Source of the DNA: an uncultured Candidatus Saccharibacteria bacterium
GTDB taxonomy: Bacteria; Patescibacteriota; UBA1384; 2-12-FULL-50-11
Length of the DNA: 64,000 nucleotides
Assembly: GCA_964599405.1 (NCBI GenBank)
Contig: CAZRED010000001.1
Location: forward strand, 149,942-213,941
Direction of reading: 5' to 3'
Made by a program: the position numbers and the translations under genes. The notes beneath the pieces are model-generated. The model was not told the DNA's origin. It ran no database searches and saw nothing but the letters and a program-made list of their open reading frames with translations. This document shows, piece by piece, positions 19,688 through 28,269 of this stretch. The number at the start of each line of letters is the position of its first letter. The stretch's first letter is position 1.

Positions 19688-19727
19688 ACTCGACATTTTA
19701 AGGTTGGGGGGTACAATCCTGAATATG
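19688..19727 (+). promoter_or_regulatory. Conserved promoter cassette copy P1 (CTCGACATT...TACAAT)
   Basis: TCGACA 19690-95, 16-nt spacer, TACAAT 19712-17. ATG of a 14-codon mini-ORF lies 7 nt downstream. The DUF305 gene follows, with its own SD. Confidence 0.55.
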
Positions 19728-19850
19728 AACCTTACAACACGCGGAGCGGAGGAAGTAAAAGGAGGTTAACTGTCGGCGAGCAAATGGCGACAAGGGAGAC
19801 CATAAAGAAACGATAAATTTCAGCCGTTTGGCTGATAAATAGGAGGTAAA

Positions 19851-20450
19851 ATGGAAAATAAGAGTAACTTATTCATCGCCGGTGTGTTCTTGGTAGGAAT
19901 AATTGCCGGGGTATTACTTGCTCCAGTCGTAAAAAATACTACGGGAATGATGAGCAGAGATGGTAGCACGCAACAGGAGCGAATGGACAAAATGTTCATT
20001 GAACAGATGGTCCCACATCACGAAGACGCGATTGCAATGGCTAAGATTGCCCAAGAAAAAGCTACACGACCGGAGATTAAACAGTTAGCAGCTGATATTA
20101 TTTCTAGTCAGTCGACGGAAATAGAACAAATGAAGAAGTGGTATAAAGATTGGTTTGGGAGTGATGTATCTAGCGTTGACCATACCGCAATGCATCACGG
20201 CGGTGGAATGATGCCAGGCAGTATGATGTCTGAAACTGATATTACCCGACTCACGACAGCCAATCCATTTGAGAAAGAATTTATTCGGCAGATGATACCC
20301 CATCATCAAATGGCAGTAATGATGGCCGAGATGCTAAAAACTACAACTGACCGAGCCGAAATGAAAAAACTGGCCGAAGATGTTATTACGGCCCAAACCG
20401 CTGAGATTGAAAAAATGAGAGCGTGGGATAAGGCTTGGTATGGGGCCTAA
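19851..20450 (+). CDS. DUF305 family four-helix-bundle metal-binding protein
   Basis: Two repeats of the DUF305 motif (QMVPHHEDAIAMAKIA and QMIPHHQMAVMMAEML). N-terminal TM/signal. Confidence 0.8.
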   Translation: MENKSNLFIAGVFLVGIIAGVLLAPVVKNTTGMMSRDGSTQQERMDKMFIEQMVPHHEDAIAMAKIAQEKATRPEIKQLAADIISSQSTEIEQMKKWYKDWFGSDVSSVDHTAMHHGGGMMPGSMMSETDITRLTTANPFEKEFIRQMIPHHQMAVMMAEMLKTTTDRAEMKKLAEDVITAQTAEIEKMRAWDKAWYGA

Positions 20451-20493
20451 TAACGAAAGGTTCTAGACCGGAGTAGCGAGCGAAATAATACCC

Positions 20494-20862
20494 ATGAAAC
20501 AGGACGATAAGACAAAACAACGGATTCACACAATGAGAGTCGGCGGCGTCTATCCTTTCTATGTTGCTAAAGCACAGAAAAAAGGACGCACAAAAGCAGA
20601 GGTTGATGAAGCCATCTGTTGGCTAACGGGCTATAGCCAGAAAGAGCTGGAAGCCGAGCTGGCCAAAGAAACCAACTTTGAAGCTTTCTTTAAGAAAGCG
20701 CCGAAGCTGAACCCAGCCCGAAAATTAATTACCGGCCTAATCTGCGGTGTGCGGGTGGAAGAGATCGAAGATCCAATAATACGGGCTGTTCGTCAGCTAG
20801 ATAAGCTGATCGACGAGTTAGCCAAAGGCAGAGCGATGGAGAATATTCTGCGTAAACAATAA
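20494..20862 (+). CDS. DUF2200 family protein
   Basis: [40 protein letters not shown] matches the DUF2200 consensus closely. Confidence 0.75.
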   Translation: MKQDDKTKQRIHTMRVGGVYPFYVAKAQKKGRTKAEVDEAICWLTGYSQKELEAELAKETNFEAFFKKAPKLNPARKLITGLICGVRVEEIEDPIIRAVRQLDKLIDELAKGRAMENILRKQ

Positions 20863-20875
20863 GCTCTCATCGAAT

Positions 20876-20912
20876 ACTCGACATTTCCAGGTTCGGCGGT
20901 ACAATTCGGATA
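20876..20912 (+). promoter_or_regulatory. Conserved promoter cassette copy P2 (leaderless)
   Basis: TCGACA 20878-83, 16-nt spacer, TACAAT 20900-05, ATG at 20913 (7 nt after the -10). Confidence 0.6.
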
Positions 20913-21470
20913 ATGAATTTAGAAAAAAGCTTTCGTGAGTTCATCGAAAGCGACGCACTTTATCAGGAAGCTTTTAGAATCGTTCAGCACAACTCATCGG
21001 GAAAAATCTGGCTAATTGGCGGGTACCTATCCCGTAACCTGGCAAACATCCTGTATGGCACCGGGGAACCAGACAAGGGCGATATTGATTTTATTGTTGA
21101 AAAGCTCAACCCGTATTTCTTTGCTTCCGACTGGGGGATACGGATAAACAGTTACGGTAATCCCAAGTTAAGAAAAGGTGCGGTGCGAATGGACGTAGTT
21201 CCGCTAGACAATGTCCTTTCCATTCGGCAGCGAAGCCTTGAGCCAACAATCGAAAACTACCTTACAGGCGTTCCCCTCACATTTCAGTCAATCGCTTATG
21301 ACACAACCAGTGGCAAAATAATTGGCGGGATTGGCAAACACTCACTGAAGACTAGAACTATCGGTATTAATAGCCCCGAGTTGATTGCCAGCACAGCCCG
21401 GAAAAAAGGCATGACTATAGACGAGTATGTAGACAAGTACTGTCGCAGCTTCGGTTTCCGAAAAGTTTAG
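20913..21470 (+). CDS. Minimal nucleotidyltransferase-fold protein (putative)
   Basis: IGGYLSRNL...GDIDFIV resembles the GS/GG...D-x-D motif of NTase-fold proteins. Confidence 0.45.
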   Translation: MNLEKSFREFIESDALYQEAFRIVQHNSSGKIWLIGGYLSRNLANILYGTGEPDKGDIDFIVEKLNPYFFASDWGIRINSYGNPKLRKGAVRMDVVPLDNVLSIRQRSLEPTIENYLTGVPLTFQSIAYDTTSGKIIGGIGKHSLKTRTIGINSPELIASTARKKGMTIDEYVDKYCRSFGFRKV

Positions 21471-21506
21471 CTCGACATTCCCAGGTTCGGGAGTAGAATC
21501 TAAGGA
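21471..21506 (+). promoter_or_regulatory. Conserved promoter cassette copy P3 (leaderless)
   Basis: TCGACA 21472-77, 16-nt spacer, TAGAAT 21494-99, ATG at 21507. Confidence 0.6.
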
Positions 21507-22154
21507 ATGAAGCGAAGCGAGCTACTTGTAGATATTGGTCTTGTGGTATTGGCTATAATCTCTACCGGTCTATTAGTCTTCGAGATTACCCACGATGTAA
21601 CCGCTTCAACAAGCACGCTAATAAGCCGGGTGGATATAGTTATTGCACTAATTTTCCTCGCAGATTTCATATACGGTTTCTCGCAAGCAAAGAATAAAAG
21701 TCAGTTTTTTAGTAAGCGTTGGTACGAATTACTTGCTTCTATACCGATTACGTCAACTACAACTCAGATTCTAAGAAGTTTGCGGTTGTTGAGGGTACTC
21801 CGAATCATCCGTTTGATGGCACGAATGAGGCGGGTAGCCGATTTTTACCTCGACGGTCCAAAGTTTCAGATTCTATCAATCGTGCTGACAGTATTTACTC
21901 TTGTATTTATGGGGGCAGTCGCCTTCCACAGTTATGAATTCGGAATAAATCAGAATGTTCACAACCTCTTCGACAGTTTCTGGTGGGCAATGGTTACGGT
22001 TACGACCATTGGTTATGGCGATATTTATCCGGTCACAACTGCGGGAAGGGTTGTTGCAATGATATTAATGGTTATCGGTATAGGAACTCTGGGAACGGTT
22101 ATCGGATCCGTGGCTACCCAATTCCTAAAAGCCGAAGAAGAATTCAAAAGGTAG
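21507..22154 (+). CDS. Voltage-gated potassium channel (Kv-like)
   Basis: Selectivity filter TTIGYGD. S4-type arginine repeat RSLRLLRVLRIIRLMARMRR. Confidence 0.75.
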   Translation: MKRSELLVDIGLVVLAIISTGLLVFEITHDVTASTSTLISRVDIVIALIFLADFIYGFSQAKNKSQFFSKRWYELLASIPITSTTTQILRSLRLLRVLRIIRLMARMRRVADFYLDGPKFQILSIVLTVFTLVFMGAVAFHSYEFGINQNVHNLFDSFWWAMVTVTTIGYGDIYPVTTAGRVVAMILMVIGIGTLGTVIGSVATQFLKAEEEFKR

Positions 22155-22157
22155 CAG

Positions 22158-22190
22158 GCTCGACATTCCCAGGTTCACACACCTGTCAAA
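22158..22190 (+). promoter_or_regulatory. Degenerate copy (P4) of the cassette -35 block, lacking a recognisable -10
   Basis: CTCGACATTCCCAGGTTC is present 5 nt after the K-channel stop codon, but no TAnAAT follows at 16-17 nt. A 10-bp-stem hairpin lies at 22213-22238. Confidence 0.3.
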
Positions 22191-22259
22191 CCTAATGACG
22201 CCTGGGAACAACCCAGCCGGGTGGGTTGTTCGTGATACAGGCGGGAACAGGAGGAACCA

Positions 22260-22586
22260 CTATGTGCGCGTGCTCTTTAAGCGTTTGTCGAGAATCCCCT
22301 GGATTGACGGACTAATCTTTTTGTCCGGGCGGTGGATACAACCTACCCAGCAACAAGGCCGGCGCTTGCCTTCGAGTAGTTCTTCGCCGGTTCTTTTAAT
22401 ACGGCGGCTCCGGGTTTCAATCTGTTTGGCATTCTCCACCCAGCAGATGAACTCGTTGCGAGCGAGCACAGTTATGTCTTCCCATAGCTTAAGAACTTTT
22501 GGGTCCGCAACCAGCGCTTTGCGCAGATCCGCTGGCATTTTATGTACTGTGCCGCCAGAAATTTCTTTTGCAACCATTGGATACAT
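22260..22586 (-). CDS. YdeI/OmpD-associated (DUF1801-related) family protein
   Basis: 108 aa with a coherent sequence (KMPADLRKALVADPKVLKLWEDITVLARNEFICWVENAKQIETRSRRI). The overlapping plus-strand ORF 22195-22596 is low-complexity. Confidence 0.5.
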   Translation of the reverse strand: MYPMVAKEISGGTVHKMPADLRKALVADPKVLKLWEDITVLARNEFICWVENAKQIETRSRRIKRTGEELLEGKRRPCCWVGCIHRPDKKISPSIQGILDKRLKSTRT

Positions 22587-22601
22587 TTTACATTAACATG
22601 C

Positions 22602-22636
22602 CTCGACATTTCTAGGTTCAACGGTAGAATTGAGCA
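22602..22636 (+). promoter_or_regulatory. Conserved promoter cassette copy P5 (leaderless)
   Basis: TCGACA 22603-08, 16-nt spacer, TAGAAT 22625-30, ATG at 22637. Confidence 0.6.
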
Positions 22637-22909
22637 ATGGATCTACAATTGCTGTTCAGTATTTTGGTTACAATCTTCTCGCTGGGCCTAACACTTATCG
22701 GCATCCCAGCACAAATTATGAAAAACTATCGGGAAAAGCGTTCTGGCCAACCATTAATCACTATTGTAATTGCTATGGGATTTTACGCGTCTTCAATCGT
22801 CCTTTTTGCCTTGACCAAAACATACCTCCCACTGGCCGCTTTCTGCATCGGTTTCGTGATGTGGGGGATAACCTTAGGACAGTACTTGACGTATAACCGG
22901 AAACGTTAG
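22637..22909 (+). CDS. 3-TM PQ-loop/SemiSWEET-like small membrane protein
   Basis: 90 aa with three helices. Helix 1 is followed by GIPAQIMKNYREKRSGQ, resembling the PQ-loop motif. Confidence 0.4.
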   Translation: MDLQLLFSILVTIFSLGLTLIGIPAQIMKNYREKRSGQPLITIVIAMGFYASSIVLFALTKTYLPLAAFCIGFVMWGITLGQYLTYNRKR

Positions 22910-22954
22910 CTCGACATTTTCAGATTCAAGATACGAGTTTTGGACTGCTATAAT
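22910..22954 (+). promoter_or_regulatory. Cassette -35 block (P6) followed by an extended -10 (TGcTATAAT)
   Basis: CTCGACATTTTCAGATTC starts 1 nt after the stop codon. TATAAT at 22949-54 is preceded by TGC. Confidence 0.4.
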
Positions 22955-22996
22955 ACGGGCGTTATGAACCTTATTCTTATCGGAGGTGACTAGAGT

Positions 22997-23188
22997 TTGG
23001 ACGAGAGTGATCGTTACTGCGTGAAGTGTGGCCGCCCCATTGAAGAATGCATGGGGTTTGTGAAAGCCGGCGATGTCCTGGAGTTGATTCTGGGGACGGG
23101 CACGAGACTTCGCGAACTTTGCGGAGTTTGCATAATCCTCTGGAGATGGACCAGAAAAGACACCCTCGTCATGCGAAAAGCTGCCTGA
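22997..23188 (+). CDS. Small zinc-ribbon-like protein (TTG start)
   Basis: SD GGAGGTGA lies 6 nt upstream. CVKCGRP...CGVC gives two CxxC pairs. Confidence 0.35.
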   Translation: MDESDRYCVKCGRPIEECMGFVKAGDVLELILGTGTRLRELCGVCIILWRWTRKDTLVMRKAA

Positions 23189-23195
23189 CCAAGCC

Positions 23196-23236
23196 AAAAG
23201 AGACTTACTACCAAAACAGTTGGTCTCTTTTTTTAT
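23196..23236 (+). terminator. Rho-independent terminator
   Basis: AAAGAGAC...GTCTCTTT stem followed by TTTTTTT. Confidence 0.55.
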
Positions 23237-23270
23237 ACTCGACATTATCGGGTTCGGAGGTATGATCAAG
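23237..23270 (+). promoter_or_regulatory. Conserved promoter cassette copy P7
   Basis: TCGACA 23239-44, 16-nt spacer, TATGAT 23261-66, then SD AAGGAG and ATG at 23284. Confidence 0.6.
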
Positions 23271-23283
23271 AAAAGGAGAGAGA

Positions 23284-23412
23284 ATGATGGATTGGACGTG
23301 GGGCCAAGGGATGATGAGTGGAATGGGTTTTTGGGGAGCGATCTTCGGTATTGTTATCCTGATTAACCTAGTTTTTCTCGCTGTCTGGCTCTGGAAACAA
23401 ATTAGTAAGTAG
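23284..23412 (+). CDS. 42-aa Met-rich single-TM micro-protein, co-transcribed with the P1B ATPase
   Basis: MMDWTWGQGMMSGMGFWGAIFGIVILINLVFLAVWLWKQISK. SD AAGGAG lies 6 nt upstream. Stop is 4 nt before the ATPase ATG. Not in the ORF track because it is short. Confidence 0.4.
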   Translation: MMDWTWGQGMMSGMGFWGAIFGIVILINLVFLAVWLWKQISK

Positions 23413-23416
23413 CTCA

Positions 23417-25384
23417 ATGGATCACCACGGTCATACTAGCGGCCATCATTCGATGGGCGCTGATGATGCTCAAATGTTTTTGCGGCGATTTTGGTACACA
23501 ACATTTCTGCTAGTTCCGCTCCTGTTGGTTAGCAACGTCGGGATAAAGTTTTTTGGTGTGCCGGACTTTGGCGGCCGTGAATTTGTTGGCTTTGCCATTT
23601 CCACGGTAATCTTTTACTTTTCTTGGATATTCTTTGAGCACGCTACCCACGAGATAAAGAGCCGAAGTTACGGGATGATGACACTGGTTTCGGTAGCGGT
23701 GGCCAGCGGCTTTTTGTTTTCAGTGGCTTCCACTTTTATTCCGTCGTTTGGCGGGGTGGAATTTTTCCTGGAAATCTCAACCTTAATCTGGGTACTGCTG
23801 TTTGGCCACTATTTGGAGGCGAAATCAACGGCGACCGCCGGTTCGGCCTTGCAAGAAGTGGCCAAATTACTGCCAAAAGTTGTCCACCTGCTCGACGGCG
23901 AGCAAACCACAGACGTGCCGGTGGAGCAGATTAAAGCTGGTGACATGATTGTGGTTAAGCCAGGCGAAAAGTTACCGGCCGACGGCACAATTTTGGAAGG
24001 GGCGGCCAATATGGACGAAGCGCTAGTAACTGGCGAGTCAAAACCAATCAGTAAAAAAACGGGGGACGCGGTGATTGCCGGATCAATTTGTTTGGACGGT
24101 TCGCTCAAAATCAGAATTGAAAAAACTGGCCTGGATTCGACGGTTGGTCATATTCAACAGCTAGTTGAGCAGGCCCAAACAACCAAGCCACAACTGCAAC
24201 ATATCGCCGACCGGGTGGCCTCGTTGTTGACCTTTGTGGCGCTGGGTACGGCAATTTTGACGGTGCTGATTTGGACGTTGGTGAGTGGCCAGACGTTTGC
24301 ATTTGCCCTGACGATGGCCGTGACGGTGCTGGTGATTGCTTGCCCGCACGCCCTGGGATTAGCAATTCCAACCGTTTCTACTACCGCCACTTCCTTGGCA
24401 CTAAAGCACGGCATTTTCTTAAAATCACTTAAAAAATTAGAGGCGGCCCGAAATATCAGCATCGTTGCCTTCGACAAAACCGGGACACTGACCGAAGGCC
24501 ATCCTGGGGTTACTGATGTGGTGGGCGAGAACCGTGAGGAGGCTTTGCGAGTTGCCGCGGCGTTAGAAGCGGGCTCCAGCCACCCGCTCGCCCAGGCAAT
24601 TATTGCCGAGGCTAAGGGAGCTAAGGCGAAAGTAACCGAATTTAAAAACCTGGCCGGGCGGGGCGTTAGCGGCACAGTTGAAGGCAATAAGTATTGGCTG
24701 GGCAACACAGAGATTCTGGAACAAGTTGATTTGAGCGAACAGAAAAATGATTTCGAGCGATTAAGCGCCGAGGGCAAAACAGTGGTGATACTACGCGATA
24801 AAACCCAGGTGCTTGGTCTAATCGCCGTTGCCGACAAAGTTCGTCCGGAGTCCAAAGAGGCGGTCAAACAACTGCACAACATTGGCGTGAAAGTGGCGAT
24901 GATTACCGGCGATAACGAAGGCGTGGCCAAAACCGTCGCCGGAGAATTGGGAATCGATACGTACTTTGCACAGGTTTTGCCAGAGGACAAATACAAAAAA
25001 ATTAAAGAACTTCAGGACAAGGGCGAGCAAGTGATGATGGTCGGGGACGGGGTCAATGATGCCCCGGCCTTGATTCAGGCAAACGTTGGGGTAGCAATCG
25101 GTGCCGGAACGGATGTGACGGTGGAAGCTGGCGATATTATTTTAACCAAGAACAACCCTGCTGATATCCCCAAGCTATTAATATTAAGTAAAAAAGTTTA
25201 CGGCAAAATGATTCAAAACTTGGTCTGGGCCGTTGGCTACAACGTTATAGCGATCCCCGCTGCCGCTGGGGCGTTTGCGAGCTTCGGTTTATTTTTGCGC
25301 CCGGATGTCGGAGCGTTTCTGATGGCGATGTCGTCGGTGGTGGTGGTAATTAACGCCCTGCAATTAAAGAGAGTGAAATTGTAG
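23417..25384 (+). CDS. copB: P1B-type heavy-metal ATPase, CopB-like (CPH motif, His-rich N-terminus, no HMA domain)
   Basis: N-terminal MDHHGHTSGHHSMG. TM6 CPH (IACPHALG). DKTGTLT phosphorylation site, GDGVNDAP, HP motif. Confidence 0.9.
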   Translation: MDHHGHTSGHHSMGADDAQMFLRRFWYTTFLLVPLLLVSNVGIKFFGVPDFGGREFVGFAISTVIFYFSWIFFEHATHEIKSRSYGMMTLVSVAVASGFLFSVASTFIPSFGGVEFFLEISTLIWVLLFGHYLEAKSTATAGSALQEVAKLLPKVVHLLDGEQTTDVPVEQIKAGDMIVVKPGEKLPADGTILEGAANMDEALVTGESKPISKKTGDAVIAGSICLDGSLKIRIEKTGLDSTVGHIQQLVEQAQTTKPQLQHIADRVASLLTFVALGTAILTVLIWTLVSGQTFAFALTMAVTVLVIACPHALGLAIPTVSTTATSLALKHGIFLKSLKKLEAARNISIVAFDKTGTLTEGHPGVTDVVGENREEALRVAAALEAGSSHPLAQAIIAEAKGAKAKVTEFKNLAGRGVSGTVEGNKYWLGNTEILEQVDLSEQKNDFERLSAEGKTVVILRDKTQVLGLIAVADKVRPESKEAVKQLHNIGVKVAMITGDNEGVAKTVAGELGIDTYFAQVLPEDKYKKIKELQDKGEQVMMVGDGVNDAPALIQANVGVAIGAGTDVTVEAGDIILTKNNPADIPKLLILSKKVYGKMIQNLVWAVGYNVIAIPAAAGAFASFGLFLRPDVGAFLMAMSSVVVVINALQLKRVKL

Positions 25385-25506
25385 GGTTGTTACTTCGTAA
25401 TCAACGCCCTGCAGCTACGTCGGGTAAAGTTATAGCTCTCGGCACGTTAACCAGAATTTAACAACTCCGTGCTATCCTTAATATAATTAAGGAGCCGAAG
25501 ATAACT

Positions 25507-26718
25507 ATGTACCGCCAGCACGAATCACCTAAAAAATTTGATTTTGGAAGGTTGGTAATTGTTGCCATCACGGCAGTCGTAATAATTACCGCCACCCTCA
25601 TTTATCTAACCCGCAAAGAAATTATAAAATTTGGCGAGCTTGGCCCTACCCCTCTAGCCTACAACTCCACCCTTTCCTTACTACCTGGTAGCGGGGTACT
25701 TAACTTGGGCGAGCCCCAACGCATTGCTATTCAGCTAACAACGGGTGGTGATGCGATAAACGCCGTCCAGACCACGGTTGTCTATGACCCCCAAAAAGTA
25801 ACGATTACCGAAATTCTGACAACCGATTCTTTCTGTCAGCTCTTTCCGGTTAAAACTATTAACGCCACAATCGGCGAAGCAACGATCGGCTGTGGCTTAC
25901 CAACCCCCGGGTTTAGCGAGGCTACCGGTACAGTTGCGGTGTTATCGCTGGGCCTGAACCAGGCCGGTACAGTCTCGTTGGGATTGAAAGACAGCTTAGT
26001 TTTAGCCAACGACGGGCTGGGAACAAACGTTTTGCGCTCAACCACTGGCGCTGAGTATCAAGTGACCGACAGCTTACAGACAACGACTGTTTTGGCGCAA
26101 GGATCGGGCATGCTGACTGTCGCACCGATTTTGAGCGTTACTTCGCCAACCCACCCAGATCCTGAACAGTGGTATAAAAGCCGGGACGTGCAGTTTGTCT
26201 GGACAGCCACTAGCGGCTACCAATATGTCTACCACTTTGATCAACTTCCAGCCTTGGTACCGGACAGTTCGTTTATAGCTGCCGTTAGCCCTTTAACTGT
26301 AACCGCCCCCGCTGATGGGGTTTTTTACTTCCATATGGCAACAAAAAAGGCCGGGGTCGTCCAATCAATCTACGACCGACCGGTTAGAGTTGATACCGCC
26401 CCACCGCAAACCGTTAATCTTAGTGCCAGTCAAACCGAGATTAAAGTAGGCGAGATTGTTCAGCTCGTGTCGTCAGGCCAAGACGATACCAGCGGCGTTC
26501 AGTCTGCTTTTTACCTGCGAGAGGGTAGCGGCTCCCCCCTGTTTATCGGTGCTAATCACAGCCATACATTTAGCGACCCGGGAGAACACATTTTAGTACT
26601 GCAAGCGTTCGATAACGCTGGTAATTATAGTGAGGATCAGATTGTGATTAGCGTCACTAGCCCCGGGTTCTTTGCCAAAGTCTGGTCTGGTCTGTTGTCA
26701 CTGGTTGGTCTGCGCTAA
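25507..26718 (+). CDS. Membrane-anchored cohesin-like domain protein
   Basis: N-terminal TM. Residues about 60-190 match the cohesin beta-sandwich pattern (INAVQTTVVYDPQKVTITEI compared with cohesin CDFVYSYDPNVLEIIEI). Confidence 0.5.
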   Translation: MYRQHESPKKFDFGRLVIVAITAVVIITATLIYLTRKEIIKFGELGPTPLAYNSTLSLLPGSGVLNLGEPQRIAIQLTTGGDAINAVQTTVVYDPQKVTITEILTTDSFCQLFPVKTINATIGEATIGCGLPTPGFSEATGTVAVLSLGLNQAGTVSLGLKDSLVLANDGLGTNVLRSTTGAEYQVTDSLQTTTVLAQGSGMLTVAPILSVTSPTHPDPEQWYKSRDVQFVWTATSGYQYVYHFDQLPALVPDSSFIAAVSPLTVTAPADGVFYFHMATKKAGVVQSIYDRPVRVDTAPPQTVNLSASQTEIKVGEIVQLVSSGQDDTSGVQSAFYLREGSGSPLFIGANHSHTFSDPGEHILVLQAFDNAGNYSEDQIVISVTSPGFFAKVWSGLLSLVGLR

Positions 26719-26784
26719 TTGTAATAATTCCTGACAATTACCGGACTTCAAAAGACTTGTAATTAACGTAACAAAATAGTTACT

Positions 26785-27516
26785 ATGGTTATGAACCAAC
26801 AAAAAATACTAATGAAAAACATCACATTTGTTGTACTACTCATCGTGACCGTCGTGGCTTTTGTGCTTATTGCGACAGTTAGTAATCTGGTAGCAACCAC
26901 TGTCCCGGGTTTTCCCAACACTAGCTCCACTTCTGATTTTACCCAGACGATTAACCCCGGCACGTTGACAGTGGATATCGTCGACGGCAGTTACGTGGCA
27001 GTTGGTAGCCCGGCCGTAGCGATGAGCGCGGCAACGTTCGGTTTTACCTGTCAGACCACCACTGGCACCTTCGGAACCGGCACCCAGCAAATTTATGTTA
27101 AAAACCCCGACGCTTCCGACACCGGCTGGTCAACTACATTGGCCGCTTCCGCCCCCACCGCTTTTTGGGACAGTGCCGGTACTGATATGGACTTTAACGA
27201 CCCAACAACTGCTGGCTGTACTGATGGTGCCGACGCCGATAGTTTGAAAGGCCAAATGACGGTTGATCCTTCGGTCGGTACATTGGCCGTTGGGCAGTGC
27301 TTAAGCTGTGTGGTCACCAACGTCACCAAAGGATCGCTGGCGGCATTTAACCAAGCCACTCTCGATAGCATCACTATCTTAAGCGGCGCTGCAGGGTCGG
27401 ATGATATCGGCGACTGGAAATTAACCGGTGTATCGATTAGCCAAAAGATCCCGGGCGAACAGCCAGCGGCCAGCGACTACACCATTCCTCTGACACTTTC
27501 GATTGTGGCCATCTAA
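26785..27516 (+). CDS. Small secreted protein with a C-terminal WxL-like module (paralog A)
   Basis: N-terminal TM/signal, then a roughly 170-aa module shared with 27503-28228 and with the C-terminus of the 1914-aa protein. Trp-x-Leu motifs GDWKLTGVS and GWSTTL. Confidence 0.6.
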   Translation: MVMNQQKILMKNITFVVLLIVTVVAFVLIATVSNLVATTVPGFPNTSSTSDFTQTINPGTLTVDIVDGSYVAVGSPAVAMSAATFGFTCQTTTGTFGTGTQQIYVKNPDASDTGWSTTLAASAPTAFWDSAGTDMDFNDPTTAGCTDGADADSLKGQMTVDPSVGTLAVGQCLSCVVTNVTKGSLAAFNQATLDSITILSGAAGSDDIGDWKLTGVSISQKIPGEQPAASDYTIPLTLSIVAI

Positions 27517-28210
27517 AGTTTGGGGGATTATCAAAAACAATACATTCCTCCTCGTCATCATCTCCATTGTCGTGCTGTCGATACCGTTTATTGTTAATGC
27601 CTTAATTACCAACGAAGCCCCACGATTACCAAACACCGCCGACGTTAACTTCACCCATACCATCAACCCCGGCACGTTGACGGTGGATGTTGTGGATGCT
27701 AGTTATGTCGTCGTCGGCAGTCCATCGGTGGCAATAAGCGCCTCAACCTTTGGTTTTACCTGTCAGAGTGCAACTGGGCTTTTTGGTACGGCCACCCAGC
27801 AAATCTACGTCAGAAATCCCGACGCGGCCGATAACGGTTGGGTAACGAGTTTGGCCGCTTCCGTCCCCACCGCTTTTTGGGACAGTGCCGGGACCGATTT
27901 AGACTTCAACGATCCGACGACTGCTGGCTGTACTGACGGCGCTGATACCGATACCTTGAAGGGTCAGATGTCGGTTAACCCAACCGTGGGGACATTGGCC
28001 ATCGGGCAGTGCGCCAGCTGTACTACTACCAACGTCACTAAGGGCTCCTCATCGGCCTACAACGAAGGGACGGTAGACAGCATTACCATTTTGAGCGGCG
28101 CCGCGGGGTCAGATGACATCGGCGACTGGAAATTAACCGGTGTGTCTGTTAGTCAAACTATTCCCGCCGAACAGCCAGCGGCCAGTGATTACAATATCAA
28201 CCTAACTCTT
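26940..28210 (+). repeat. Tandem gene duplication (two roughly 560-bp near-identical coding repeats)
   Basis: 26940-27500 and 27650-28210 encode near-identical modules (TINPGTLTVD...LTLSIVA). Confidence 0.7.
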
Positions 28211-28228
28211 AGTATTGTTGCCAGCTAA
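27503..28228 (+). CDS. Small secreted protein with a C-terminal WxL-like module (paralog B, tandem duplicate)
   Basis: About 80% identical to paralog A over the module. 14-nt overlap with the upstream gene. Confidence 0.6.
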   Translation: MWPSKVWGIIKNNTFLLVIISIVVLSIPFIVNALITNEAPRLPNTADVNFTHTINPGTLTVDVVDASYVVVGSPSVAISASTFGFTCQSATGLFGTATQQIYVRNPDAADNGWVTSLAASVPTAFWDSAGTDLDFNDPTTAGCTDGADTDTLKGQMSVNPTVGTLAIGQCASCTTTNVTKGSSSAYNEGTVDSITILSGAAGSDDIGDWKLTGVSVSQTIPAEQPAASDYNINLTLSIVAS

Positions 28229-28269
28229 CAATAATTAGAGAATAATAATTATATAAAACAGAGGGGATT

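Noticed and set aside
22195-22596. 133-aa plus-strand ORF downstream of promoter copy P4
   Set aside because: Arg/Ser-rich nonsense translation overlapping a coherent minus-strand YdeI-like gene. P4 also lacks a -10 element.
24154-24996. 280-aa ORF on the minus strand
   Set aside because: Entirely antisense to the well-supported CopB ATPase. Ser/Thr/Ala-rich composition typical of a shadow frame in GC-moderate coding DNA.
26785-28228. Pilin or sortase-substrate identity for the two small paralogs
   Set aside because: No LPXTG, no pilin motif, and no class-III signal peptide (G/FTLIE). The C-terminal module instead matches the giant protein's C-terminus.
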